Source: Tubulanus polymorphus
Lineage: Eukaryota; Animalia; Nemertea
Assembly (NCBI RefSeq): GCF_964204645.1
Contig: NC_134034.1
Coordinates: 9,684,962 to 9,748,961, forward strand
Length of the DNA stretch: 64,000 bases
Direction: 5' to 3'
In this document: positions 13,601-24,539 of the stretch, piece after piece
Layout: each line of letters begins with the position of its first letter
Numbering within the stretch: the stretch's first letter is position 1
Translations under genes and position numbers: made by a program
The notes under the pieces: model-generated
The model's database searches: none
What the model was told of the DNA's origin: nothing
The model's input: the letters and a program-made list of their open reading frames with translations, nothing else

Positions 13601-14612
13601 ATTTATTTCATTCACATTTTGCTTTAGGCCTAGCACAGAAAGGCAATTATTTTCTATGGCGCACAAATTGTGTGCCCTTTACTTTTTTCCCGAAACATAA
13701 ATTTTTCGAGGGCAGTTGAAAACTGCGACTACCGCACGTGCTGCATGTGCGATAGTCTGGATCCGTGCCTGACGCACGTACACGCACACACGTACCCGAT
13801 ATGACGATGCAGGTGTCTCGCGACTGACGTTTCATAGTTTTATAAGCCGCGTCGGCGATCGCGAATATATGCGGCGGTCGTTCGTAGATCTCTCGTCCGC
13901 GGTAGTCATCGATGACGTCGACGCTGTACTGATCGACAGCGCGATACGGGTTCACGGATACGACTACCTCACCGATATACGTGTAAATCTTACCGTGTTT
14001 GAACCTGCGCGAAAACAGAAGGAAAATTCAATTAATTCAACTTATGCTTAAACTTCGAGGTTAATGACGCGAATGATGTGAGGATACACCAGGTGTCGCT
14101 AGGGTGCAGTAGGACATCAATTCATTACCACAACAATAGAGGATTGCACTTGTGGCAAGTGAGGATTCTCCAGGTGTCGCTAGTTTGCAGTAAGACAAGA
14201 ATTTATCACTGCTGAAAACTTGTTTACCAGTGCAGAAAACTAGTTTATTCTGAGTTAAAAACTTGGCATTGACCTCAAAAATTTTCAAAACTAAATTTAC
14301 GTCCCGGTGCGATTCAAGAAAGAATAGGTAGGCCTACAAATGATAAATTGTACACATATGTTTACTTGAATCTGTCTGTAAAGCCTCTTGACAATGATTA
14401 ATAGATGAATATCTTTAATTTTTGACACATATATAAGGTTAGTCTATGTTGACCCTTGGCCTATTTGAAAAATCAATTTTTTGATTGATTCCTTGCTTTT
14501 AAACTACTCGCCTGACATTTAGATTCGATGTAAACGAATTCAATGAAAGATCGTCCAATAAACAAAAATCACCGACACCAAATTCCGGCCCTTCGTGTAT
14601 GGCTGCCATCAT
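542..14612 (-). CDS. MYO1D: Unconventional myosin-I (MYO1D/MYO1G, Myo31DF-like), 18 coding exons in window; 3' end lies beyond position 1
   Basis: Phase-consistent exons: 14512-14612, 13796-14004, 12397-12490, 11760-11925, 11020-11073, 10703-10918, 9824-10027, 9192-9334, 8381-8495, 7690-7800, 7510-7569, 6716-6861, 5752-5884, 4562-4728, 3003-3207, 2173-2294, 1241-1487, 542-757. Motifs [45 protein letters not shown] region and TH1 tail. N-terminus GPEFGVGDF is typical of Myo1D/G. Confidence 0.93.
1241..1487 (-). CDS. MYO1D: MYO1D exon 17
   Basis: [15 protein letters not shown]...WEGNYLAK. Confidence 0.9.
1701..1982 (-). mobile_element. piggyBac-like MITE (TTAA TSD, TIR CCCTTTCAGTGC)
   Basis: TTAA-CCCTTTCAGTGC ... 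GCACTGAAAGGG-TTAA; seven copies in the window. Confidence 0.85.
2173..2294 (-). CDS. MYO1D: MYO1D exon 16 (IQ region)
   Basis: [16 protein letters not shown]...RYKLRQY. Confidence 0.88.
3003..3207 (-). CDS. MYO1D: MYO1D exon 15 (converter)
   Basis: [11 protein letters not shown]...[12 protein letters not shown]...FLQK. Confidence 0.92.
3242..3523 (+). mobile_element. piggyBac-like MITE
   Basis: Same TIR/TSD; internal TACACCGCANTGCGGTGTA palindromes. Confidence 0.85.
3853..4470. mobile_element. Cluster of short palindromic Harbinger-like MITEs (GGNCCAGTT termini, CWG junctions)
   Basis: Copies at 3981-4093, 4142-4242, 4238-4364 and 4368-4470, plus a tandem duplication at 3853-3960. Confidence 0.65.
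4562..4728 (-). CDS. MYO1D: MYO1D exon 14
   Basis: [11 protein letters not shown]...[17 protein letters not shown]. Confidence 0.93.
4797..5578. repeat. 80-bp tandem repeat, about 10 copies
   Basis: Period 80; relatives at about 14077-14200 and 22850-23120 (77-bp period). Confidence 0.95.
5752..5884 (-). CDS. MYO1D: MYO1D exon 13
   Basis: MWPEG...[13 protein letters not shown]. Confidence 0.92.
6367..6530. repeat. (ATT)n microsatellite
   Basis: Direct inspection. Confidence 0.9.
6716..6861 (-). CDS. MYO1D: MYO1D exon 12
   Basis: [19 protein letters not shown]. Confidence 0.92.
7248..7406. mobile_element. pogo/Tigger-like MITE (TA TSD)
   Basis: TA-CAGAGGAACCTC ... GAGGTTCCACTG-TA. Confidence 0.65.
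7510..7569 (-). CDS. MYO1D: MYO1D exon 11
   Basis: [20 protein letters not shown]; cag acceptor, gtgagt donor. Confidence 0.88.
7690..7800 (-). CDS. MYO1D: MYO1D exon 10
   Basis: [14 protein letters not shown]...LDEAC. Confidence 0.92.
8240..8362. repeat. 9-bp unit purine-rich minisatellite (AGGGGAAYG)
   Basis: Direct inspection. Confidence 0.85.
8381..8495 (-). CDS. MYO1D: MYO1D exon 9
   Basis: [17 protein letters not shown]. Confidence 0.92.
8902..9171 (-). mobile_element. piggyBac-like MITE
   Basis: Same TIR/TSD. Confidence 0.85.
9192..9334 (-). CDS. MYO1D: MYO1D exon 8 (switch II DIYGFE)
   Basis: [11 protein letters not shown]...[13 protein letters not shown]. Confidence 0.92.
9824..10027 (-). 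CDS. MYO1D: MYO1D exon 7
   Basis: GNLQF...ARDAFAK. Confidence 0.9.
10078..10185 (+). mobile_element. Penelope-LTR-like fragment with decayed hammerhead motif
   Basis: attcCTGAAGAtGACTATtagtatATAATCGAAACGTT followed by the tail agctcaaggaaacatttt, shared with the 45361 and 56143 copies. Confidence 0.5.
10230..10425 (+). repeat. Interspersed repeat of about 200 bp (also at 17245-17430 minus and 50720-50915 plus)
   Basis: Shared aagttgaccc...tgatcaagctaacaata...aaatgaactgattacaaat...gacccggctgat. Confidence 0.6.
10703..10918 (-). CDS. MYO1D: MYO1D exon 6
   Basis: LLTGA...VASVLHL; canonical splice sites. Confidence 0.9.
11020..11073 (-). CDS. MYO1D: MYO1D exon 5 ([18 protein letters not shown])
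   Basis: 54-nt exon with conserved ERNFH motif. Confidence 0.92.
11760..11925 (-). CDS. MYO1D: MYO1D exon 4 (switch I)
   Basis: [10 protein letters not shown]; canonical splice sites. Confidence 0.93.
12160..12305 (+). repeat. Interspersed repeat with core GAACTCGGTCTGAAGAATATTCACATCGATACAAACTG
   Basis: Also at about 2000-2055 (+), and tandem copies at 35240-35530 and 38220-38510 (-). Confidence 0.7.
12397..12490 (-). CDS. MYO1D: MYO1D exon 3 (P-loop [12 protein letters not shown])
   Basis: aag acceptor, gtaatt donor. Confidence 0.92.
13112..13223. mobile_element. Harbinger-like MITE (GGGCCAGTTGCA...TGCAACCGGCCC)
   Basis: TIRs; relatives at 29057-29196, 51248-51385, 51646-51787 and 57524-57656. 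Confidence 0.7.
13796..14004 (-). CDS. MYO1D: MYO1D exon 2 ([11 protein letters not shown]...CIVIS)
   Basis: cag|G acceptor, G|gtacgt donor. Confidence 0.92.
14512..14612 (-). CDS. MYO1D: MYO1D exon 1 ([16 protein letters not shown]...NLNVR)
   Basis: ATG at 14612 or 14609; donor AG|GCGAGT. Confidence 0.85.
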
Positions 14613-17600
14613 TGCATGCTCACAGTAATAATTAGTTAACTTAGCGAAAAATTCTAATTGGAAAAAAATCCCGAACGCTACTGATATTGAGTCATCGGCG
14701 GCCGACTGACCGTACGGTGCTGCCACCTCATACTTCCTACAACATCCTCGCTTGCCAGCTGTAGCCAATAAAATCATAGACTAGGTAGAGACCGGAAACC
14801 AGTCTAATAAAATCTTTTACTATAGTCGTTCTAGGTTGAGAATCCAGATCGTCAAGGTTATGTTTTAAGAGCCCAAAGGGTCAGAGTTAGGTTAGGATTA
14901 GAGGGAGACTTAGGTTAAAGATTAGGGTTTAAAGAGAAAAACAATAGGTAAATGTAAAAAATAATAAAAAGTTGCTTAGCCGGTACTCTGTGCGAATGTT
15001 CAAATCCCATTTTTGAAATTAACATCGCCGAATATGACTAAACATTTTGAAAAACTGAAAGATAATTATTTAAGAACTATTTTGAGATTTCCTGTAAACA
15101 CTAACACTACATTAATGGGTGATGCTGAAAAGTGCCGCAATGCCGCTCTGTTAGATGAAGTTGGTCGGACATTTGACATTTTGATGATAAACAGGGCTTA
15201 ATTCAAATGTAGTGTTTTCCTAGAGTTATCCTGTCGAGTAGACGGGCATCGAGCGCCCGATCAACTTTTCTTTATGATAATTGGCCCATAGTAATAATCT
15301 CACCATGCGGCGGGCTGTGAGTATATGCGGAAGTTATTCAGTGTGGCTTTGGCTTCAAAGCTGCCGGGATCAACTTTGGTTTTCGTAGCTAGTCACTAAT
15401 GGTCGGAAGAACTAATAACCGAACACACTATAGTTCGGTCGTAACGTATTCCACAGTTTCAACCACCTTGGACATGGGCCCGAACTATAGCGACCGTGCT
15501 CAATTGCGTGGTCGACCATTTCCGGACCTTGAACTTGAACTTTAATTTTATTGCTCCATATAATATACAAGTTACATAGGAAATGACATGCAATAAAATA
15601 TTAACATCAAAACACAGGAAAAACAGTACAAAAGTGGACATACATTTTTCCAAATATTTGCAAATAAAATATGTGAAATGACCATAGTTCCGACTAACTG
15701 ACATTCGGTTTCATTTAGTTCGATTATAGTCGACTAATTCCGAGACCGAAGATCGCCCTGGGTGATCATTTCGCGTTTGGCCGAGTGTGCGTATGTGTAT
15801 TATGTCCTGTGGCGAGATTCTAAGCTATTTGAGCCTGACGTTCTGGGTATCGTCGCTGAGTTTGTTTGACCAGCAAACCGGAGGCTCTGGCCTGACGTTT
15901 TGGTCAAACGTCGTGAGTTTGCCTGACCAACAAACCGGAGGCCAAGACAGTCACATTTTGGTCAAACATCGTATGGATCCACGTAGGCTTGTGAGACATG
16001 TATTTGTAGCCTGACAGACGTTCTGGGTATCGTCGTTGGGTGACCAGCAAAACGAGGCTCTGGCCTGGCGTTTTGGTCAAACGCTGTAGAACCGTAGAAC
16101 CTGACGTTTTGATCAAACGTCGTGGGTCTACTTTGGAAGTAGACCGGAGATAGAATTTTGAAGGAGAACGATGATTGTTTCGGCCCATTGAATACCCATG
16201 TATGCGTAGGCTTTTCATGGATTTGTCTTTTTACCCGGTCGGTCAGCTCTATTGTGTTAAGTAGATTTCGCGCGTTTAGTCGAGCGCATTCAGTCCGTCG
16301 CTGTTGACGTTGTTTTCAGTCGGCACGATCGTTTCTTGTCATTCAGAAAAAAAGAAATTAAATTAATATCTAAATATCGATTATATTTAAGTTTATATAG
16401 GTACATGAACAACATTTTTTATCGAATAAAGTTAATAAAAACATGTAATTTACCCGCAATGAAACTGAAAAATGGATAACTCTTCGATTACTGACAACCA
16501 TAGATAGACAAGGTTATTTGTCATTACGCGAGTATCAATCTGCAGCCAACACCTCACTAAACTGGCATTCAACTGTAAAGTGTGGACGATCAGTTTTTGA
16601 AAGTGTGCCTATAAAATGTCTAATGTCTGGTGTTTGTAGTTCATTTTCAATTAAAAATGTCTCCTGTGAAGTTCAGAACACACGTGAAGTGTGTACGATC
16701 AGTTTTTGAAAGTGTGTTGATAAAATGTCTAATGTCTGTTATTTGTAGTTCAAATAAAAATAAAATGTCTTATGTCTGAGGGTTTAGGCTGCAGATAGCT
16801 AACTGTAGTAATCTTAATCACACATATCTAGCCCACAAATGATTTTTTCTTACAGCATAAAAAGGAATCTACGGTAAGCGGTGTACCAGTCTATTCAGTA
16901 ATCCATTCAAATTGGTAGAACAATAAAAGGTTATTCTGTATTTAGTTAGTATTTTCTAATGCGAAACGGTCCGAAAATCTATACCGGTATTCACTTATAT
17001 ACCGGTAACGTTTCGACTATAGGCGGAGATTACTGTATATTAGGAAAAATATCATAGATAGCGATGAAAGTGATAAAGAGTCAAAAAATAATCTCAAGAA
17101 ATTAACCTGAATAAATGAAACGAGAGCATTCTTCACGTCGGGCATAGGTCGACTGTAAAGACCCGCCTTCATGAGAAAGCCAACCACTCTAGTCACAAGT
17201 AACACATTCCTATTTCACGACTGACTTGGATTAGGCTAATATAAAATGATACCTTGTTTCTCTTAATCGCCCGGGTCATTTTGAAAACTGCAATAAGATT
17301 TATAATCAGTTCACTTCTATAACTGCCACATCTGTTATTGTTAGCTTGTTCCTAATTTAAAAAAAAAAAGTAATGCGGGTCAACTTACAAGCTCAGCAGA
17401 AAAGGCCAAACAAGGTATCAATTTCTTTAGCTGTATGAAACCAGAATTTAGTTAATTTTGTCACGCAATGAATGAAGGAGATTTCATTTTTTGCATGATT
17501 TTTCAACGAAATACAATGCCTAAAACGTAATACAAAACGGCTCAATACAAGATTCTTAATAACGAACAATTCTTCTTTTGAAAGTGTTTAATTATATAAG

Positions 17601-17794
17601 TTGAACCTAATTAGCAGATTATCGATACTCTGAGAAGGAAGACACCTTTCATCATCGTCGTCGTCGTCATCATCATCGTCATCATCATCATTGACAAGTA
17701 GAATGATGTTCGTTTACAGAACAGTTTAAAAAGAAACCTTCATTTTAAAGCATTTGATAAGAACTAAAATCAAACCATTGTTAGCAACAACACG

Positions 17795-18255
17795 TGATAA
17801 ATAGACATGTACATGCGATAAATGAACATGCACATGTGATGAATGAACATGCACATGTGATGAATGATCATTCACATGTTATCGATGTAAATAGGTACAT
17901 GTGATACATGAATAACAATAGTAATAACGATAATAATAATGAGATAAATGAACTTCATATGAGATAAATTGACATGTACATGTGGTACATGAACATGTGG
18001 TACATGTACATGTGGTACATGAAAGATAATAACAATAATGAGATGAATGAACATTCACATGAGATATACGTGATCATTCACATGCGTTAAACATGTACAT
18101 GTTATAAATGAACATGTACATGTGCATGTGGGTAATCAATATTCGGACATGAGCATGTAATAATCACAAATGCACATGGCAATAAATAGAGATGGACAAA
18201 ATAGACATGTACATGTGATAAATAAACATGTACATGTGATAAATAAACATGTAAA
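17795..18255. repeat. Degenerate ACATGT-rich repeat
   Basis: Repeated acatgtacatgtgataaat variants. Confidence 0.75.
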
Positions 18256-18271
18256 TGTTATCGATATTCTT

Positions 18272-18927
18272 CCTTGAGCGGAGTCTACTGTACCATCCAA
18301 CTCAGATATCACTCTCCAGTCAAAAGATCCTGACTTGAGCGGAGTTTACTGTATCATCCAACTCAGATATCACTCTCGAGTCAAAAGATCCGACTTGAGC
18401 GGAGTCTACTGTACCATCCAACTCAGATATCACTCTCGAGTCAAAAGATCCGACTTGAGCGGAGTCTACTGTACCATCCAACTCGGATATCACTCTCGAG
18501 TCAAAGGATCCAACTTGAGCGGAGTCTACTTTATCATCCAACTCAGATATCACTCTCAAGTCAAAAGATCCTGACTTGAGCGGAGTTTACTGTATCATCC
18601 AACTCAGATATCACTCTCAAGTCAAAAGATCAGACTTGAGCAGAGTCTACTGTACCATCCAATTCAGATATCACTGTCAAGTCAAAAGATTCGACTTGAG
18701 CTGAGTCTACTGTATCATCCAACTCGGATATCACTCTCAAGTCAAAAGATCAGACTTGAGCGGAGTCTACTGTATCATCCAACTCAGATATCACTCTCAA
18801 GTCAAAAGATCAGACTTGAGCGGAGTCTACTGTATCATCCAACTCAGATATCACTCTCAAGTCAAAAGATCAGACTTGAGCGGAGTCTACTGTACCATCC
18901 AACTCGGCTATCACTCTCAAGTCAAAA
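18272..18927 (+). repeat. 60-bp satellite array, about 11 copies
   Basis: Unit ctgtatcatccaactcagatatcactctcaagtcaaaagatcagacttgagcggagtcta. Confidence 0.95.
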
Positions 18928-19892
18928 CAAATTTTGTCCTGTCCAAAAACAACTGACCTCAGTGGAGTGTACCGGTTTGTTCACAATTAAAGCCCTTAGC
19001 TTTAGTGTAAATCATTTTAACATAAAATTTTGCTACATTTACAATAAACATGTTGTATATAATACAATGCCCTAAAGATAACTGACCACTCGCAAACACA
19101 GTAAACCCTGTCTGTTTGGATCATTTTGGGACTAGATAGATTATTCTGGTTTACAGGAAATCCAAATTCAATATTACTGTATTCAATAATTGCTCTTTTG
19201 AGTTACATTAAGTATACACAATTACAATTATACTGTATAACGATAGAGAAGGACACAGGACGAGTTGAGTTGTTCGACTGATCCAGGTTTAAACCACGAG
19301 TTCGACCAGACCTTTTACTGCACGGACAGAACTTTTAACAACCTCACCTCCCAGCACAGTCATGACTTACAATGATCTCAGTCCTATAGCCAATCTAACA
19401 ATAACTTCACACCAGCTTAAGCTCAGTTTTGGTTCTATCGCTTATCTCACAACCTAAGACCAGCCTAAGCTCAATTTGGTTCTATAACCAATCTAACAAT
19501 AACTTCACACCAGTCTAAGCTCATTTTGATTTTACAACCAATCTAACAACTTACGACCAGTCCAAGCTCATTTTGGTTCTACAACCAATCAGACTATAAT
19601 ATCGGACAAAAGTCACGATTGTGTCAAGATTTACATGATCTGGATATTTTGGTGCCTGCCAAAATCCTGCTGAAAGCTAATAACCAATGGCATTCTTTCC
19701 AAATACGTGGATATATGTGAATGTTTTGTGAGTATTTTTTTTTATTCAGTAAAGGAGACATCTTGTTGTTAGATCGCGAACCAGCTACGGTAGTTCTGTT
19801 CCCCGTTCTTTCAACTGTTCTCCGTTCGAGCTGGGGACACATTTCGTCGTTCAACTCGGTCGAACTGGTCGCAACCGTCGCGCGGCGAAAAC

Positions 19893-20221
19893 TTATCGCA
19901 CCAACTCGTGGAGAAGTTCGATCAAATCGTCGAGGTTCCTGTACGCGAGCATGCCGTCGACGTTCTGCCAGCGCGCCGCTCCGTCGGCGCCGACGTTCGC
20001 CGCGTTGTACTTCAGCTGTAGATCGTACAGTTTTTGTATCAAACTCGCCTGGCCGCCCTGTTTCATGATCTGAACGGCGTTCGTGAAGTCGACGACGCCG
20101 CCGCCCTTCGATCGCAGGATCGCGTGCGCCGCGCACGAGTCCCACTTGTACGTCGTCGTCAGACTCAATAAGTAGCTGTCCACCAGCGAGTCGATCACGC
20201 ATAGCATCTTATAACCAGCTC
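19893..20221 (-). CDS. INPP1: INPP1 last coding exon
   Basis: AGYKMLCV...TTYKWDSCAAHAILRSKGG; TAA stop. Confidence 0.92.
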
Positions 20222-23200
20222 CTGGAAATCGAAACCGTATCGAGGATTATTGTCGGGCATTGCTCTAAAATGTGAAAACAGGTACAGGTAATATGACGTT
20301 CAGTCAACTGCCGATATACCCCCGCCTACCACCAGGTTTTCTCATGTACATTTCTTTAGAAATACATAGTAAAACACCCTCGATATACCGCCATCAAGAG
20401 TGGATCCAGTGGCCACAGTCGAGGGTAGCACAACTTATGAAAAAGGCATTTTGAAATAACTAGGGGTCCAGGGACACCATGCCCACTTGGGAAGTAGGAA
20501 GCTACAGGACTCAGAATTCGGGCCAAAATTGACATTTTTGGGCACTAAAAAGGTCATTGGACGGCCATCTTAAGTCCGATCGACCCAATTTGTGTTATGC
20601 TGATGGGCCCTGGAAGGATTCAAATATATAAGAAAGATCAAGGTAATTGATCCAAGCGTCTTCAAAATTTCCCTCAAAAAGTTCAAAAATGTGTAAAAAG
20701 TGCTGATTTTGGCAAATAACAATGGCTGCCAGTCGGCCATCTTGATTCTGACAGGGCCAGTTTTTGGGCTGAAGATGTGTCTAGGGTAGACACATGTGTA
20801 ACCCAAATATCAAGACATTACATTGAAGCGTCTTCAAAATTTCCCAAAATAACTGGATTCCGTCTACGGACGGACGAATGGACGAAAAGTGAATGCAATA
20901 GCCCGCTGGGACTAAAGTCCCAAGTGGGCTAAAAAGGGCATGCTGAAATTTTGAAAATCTGCTTTTTGCTATTTCAAAAAAAAATCCTCGGGACGCCCAT
21001 GATGGAGTGAAGGAACAAGAGAAAAATCTTACAAAACGCTACAATTTAAAACGAATTTGGCAGCGTTATAAGGAATGGTATTTTGATTGAATCTGAGTAA
21101 GATCGAGCAAATTCTTTTTCTGAAAAATATTGACATTCGTTCAGCAGAGCAGTGGCATTAAAAAGAATGGCAGCGTCATAACCGACTTAAGTCTGTACTA
21201 CAGAACACTCTGCCTCAGCGGTAGCGCCAGCTCCGGCAAAATGAATGTTACTGACACAAATACCGGTATCGATTTTCTCATTTTTTTTACACTACTGACA
21301 ATCGGAATATTTAGGATAATTGAAATAAGTAGTGCTAAGTAGGATAAATAGAATGCTGAATGTCTGTAGGTAGGAGATTTCGTTCTACAGAGGGCGCTAG
21401 GATTGTCTTACCAGATGCTTGTTGTAGATGATATTTTTTACTGATGAGATTCTGTGTTGATTTAGATTCCGACGAGCTGAGAATGACGGCTCGTTCGTCC
21501 GGTTTATTATTGGCGGCGCCACCGTTCACCTGCGTTTCGTTGTACGATATACCCCATATTGCACGACCACGCCATCTATTGGAAAGAATTAGAAACGCGC
21601 CGTTAACAGTACTGTACAATTATACTACCTACCACGCCATCTACTGGACAATATCTGAACCAGAATTCATGTCCTACCACACCACCTACTGGACAATATC
21701 TGAACCAGAATTCTAGCCCTATCACACCTCCTACTGGACAATATCAGAACCAGAATTCGTGTCCTACTACACCACCTACTGGACAATATCTGGACCTATC
21801 ACACCACCTACTAGACACTTCGAATTTTAGTCCAACCACACCGCCACCTGCTGGGCAATTTTGGACGTAAATACATGTATATTCGAAGAAATCTTGCTGA
21901 AATCTGATATATTTTTGCTTTTAGCCTGATCATTTTCATTCACAGAACTGCCAAAAAATCTCGCTGAATGAGATGTTTATGATTTCGTTTTAGACCTCGT
22001 TATTTCTATTAACGGAACTGCAAATAGTCGGTTATATATAACTTACTGTTGGTTTTTTTCATCTAGGTGTTGAAACGGTTGATTGATAACGCCGATGATC
22101 GGTAGACCGGAAATGCGATCGAAAACGCCGATTAGAATCGTGGCGCACTGTAAACCGTCGACGTGTATACCGTGCGCGTTCGGCTTAGTGTTCGTGCCGT
22201 GAATATACTGAGCCGTTGAATCTACGGATATAAAACAATCAGTTCGTCAAAATTAAAATCATATTTTCATAGCTAACCTGAGAACTGCGGTCAAACAGTA
22301 GGAACAATATTCACCGAGCTGTAAATGTTTTTGGAGTGAACGATCGGAATAGAATTGCGTTTATATTCTAATATGAATAAAAATGAAATTGGGACTCCGC
22401 GAGGTGTGTACACGTGCCTCGCGGTTAGTGTGTGGCCATCTGTCTACTATCATAGACACCGATTCAACAGTTTTCATATAAAAATCTTAACCTTAATGAT
22501 AATAATAACAATCCCCGTATTCACAAGCACCGGGCAGACGCAGACGCAGAGCACGGTTAACGTACCGATAGGATCGATCCAGATTCCCAGATGATCAGCG
22601 GTCACTTCGATTTTCACTTTATTCAACTGTTGATCGTCGCGTGTAGAATTCGACTGATGGGACGACGGTTGTCTGTGAACGAGTTCGGCGAGCAGCGTGG
22701 AGGCTTCACGATTATTGTCTAAAATACGCGCTAAAAACCGAAGGAAACAACAAGACATGAGATTATTGGGAATAGTTTGAAAATTGGACTGGTTATTTTT
22801 TTTGTTATTTGAGAAATAGAAATGATGACTTGGCAGTTGACTGGGCAATGGAGGATTCCATCAGGTGTCACTAGTGTGCAGTATGAAATCAACACTGCGG
22901 CAATAGAGGATTCCACTTGTGGCAAGTGAGGATCCACCAGGTGTTGCTAGTGTGCAGTAGGACATCAACTACTGTGGCGATAGAGGATTCCACTTGTGGC
23001 AAGTAAGGATCCACCAGGTGTTGCTAGTGTGCAGTAGGACATCAACTACTGTGGCGATAGAGGATTCCACTTGTGGAAAGTAAGGATCCACCAGGTGTCG
23101 CTAGTGTGCAGTAGGACATTGATGCGGCATTTCTTCTCAGATTCAATCGAAATCCATCAATACTTTTTTCAAATTCAATGAATGCCGAAGAATTCTACGC

Positions 23201-24539
23201 GTGTCATACGTAAACCGAAAGGATCAATCTGAATCATCATCCATCTCGAGAATTTATTCGTCTCGTTTTCAAGGTATTTCCAACGTGGAAATTTGACGGC
23301 TCAGCAGGGAGTGGTAACCAAAGGGTTAAAATTTCAGGCAGATGCACGTACCTAGCAAGTTCGTAGTCTCTTCGCACGTATCCTGTATTTCAACTGTGAT
23401 GCTTTCACCGAGTAAATTAGTGAACGTGTTGTTCTCTTCTCCTTGTATGTGGGCGACTAAACCTGGAAACTATCGGTGTAAAGTCGGCGTAAGTAATTGC
23501 GAAATTCTCGAAATATTCAAATTTAAACCTCGTTAACCCTTTCAGTGCGTCTACACCGCAGTGCGGTGTGTAAATCAGTGATAGATTTTGCTAATACACT
23601 GCACTGCGGTGTATTGATGTTATTAGTAATGAGTAACTATCTCTCTTGAAAAATGGCAGCGCCTGTCAAACATAGTGAAATACTAGTAACTAACGATACA
23701 CCATGCCGCGGTGTAGACGCACTATAGTGGTATTCCCGTTATTCAACACACTAAGGTGGAATTTGTAGAAATGTTCAAATTATCTCCAGCACTATTGGGT
23801 ATTGATTAGTCAGCACTGAAAGGGTTAAAAGGTTGAGTTGAACAGCCATAACTGTGTTAACGCAATAATTATCATTTCAAATGATTTCACGAACATTTTC
23901 GGGAATATTTCCCCTCACTCCTCATCATGTTAAATGTCTGTAGTAAATACATTTGCTTACTCATTTGAAATTGAGAGTTATTGCGTTTACGCTGTTGCAG
24001 CTATTCAAATTAATTCTAGTGTTTGCGGTTGATCTTCAAGTCCAAAACAGATGTGAATTGTGGAGTTGTACCCAAAAAGATGGCGGAAGATACAAAATGG
24101 AGGAAAAATACGATCGAATCTCGGAACTAATATTGAATCTGGATTACGATTCTCAACAATATGAAAATAGCCATATTTATTGACAGGATGATAGAAGATA
24201 AAATAACAATCCAAGACTGTTAGGGGCCGATGAGTCAAGATTAGATCTGACTCGAAAACTCATCGAAAATTTTAAATAATTCAAGCAATAGGCCCTACTG
24301 GGTAAAGGCCTTGTACTACTCACCACATTACCAACGTCGTGTCTGACAACCTCTTGCACCAGAACGTCGGCTAAAGTCTTAAAATCCGACACGAATCTCT
24401 TATTCTTATCGACGCCAGTCTTTTCCTGTATGAGTAACGCGAATAAAGTGTCGTCCGAACGGATTTTCCTCGCGATGTCGGCCGCTTTTTCTGAAATCCG
24501 AATCAGCACTTCGGTCAGCGCAGAAAGCGGGACTTTCAT
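19893..24539 (-). CDS. INPP1: Inositol polyphosphate 1-phosphatase (inositol monophosphatase superfamily), about 388 aa
   Basis: Exons 24324-24539, 23352-23469, 22566-22730, 22047-22221, 21412-21575 and 19893-20221 join in frame (1167 nt). Motifs DFKTLADVLVQE, GEE, WIDPIDST, GVINQPF, GAGYK, YKWDSCAAHAIL. Confidence 0.93.
20458..20935 (+). mobile_element. Helentron-associated interspersed element (HINE/pearl/DINE-1-like)
   Basis: AACTAG start, internal GGCCATCTT repeats, GGAC microsatellite, 3' stem-loop AGCCCGCTGGGAC-taaa-GTCCCAAGTGGGCT then AAAAA. Confidence 0.6.
21412..21575 (-). CDS. INPP1: INPP1 coding exon 5
   Basis: WRGRAIWGISY...ILSSSE...QASG. Confidence 0.88.
22047..22221 (-). CDS. 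INPP1: INPP1 coding exon 4
   Basis: DSTAQYI...GLQCATILIGVFD...GVINQPF. Confidence 0.9.
22566..22730 (-). CDS. INPP1: INPP1 coding exon 3
   Basis: ...LGIWIDPI. Confidence 0.9.
22850..23120. repeat. 77-bp tandem repeat of the same family as 4797-5578
   Basis: About 3.5 copies. Confidence 0.9.
23352..23469 (-). CDS. INPP1: INPP1 coding exon 2
   Basis: FPGLVAHIQGEENNTFTNLLGE. Confidence 0.9.
23533..23828 (+). mobile_element. piggyBac-like MITE
   Basis: Same TIR/TSD. Confidence 0.85.
24324..24539 (-). CDS. INPP1: INPP1 first coding exon
   Basis: MKVPL...DFKTLADVLVQEVVRHDV; an acceptor at 24548 implies an upstream UTR exon. Confidence 0.9.

Noticed and set aside
19624-20202. 192-aa alternative-frame ORF, and antisense ORFs over INPP1 and CDK12 exons
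   Set aside because: Shadow ORFs of GC-rich coding exons.
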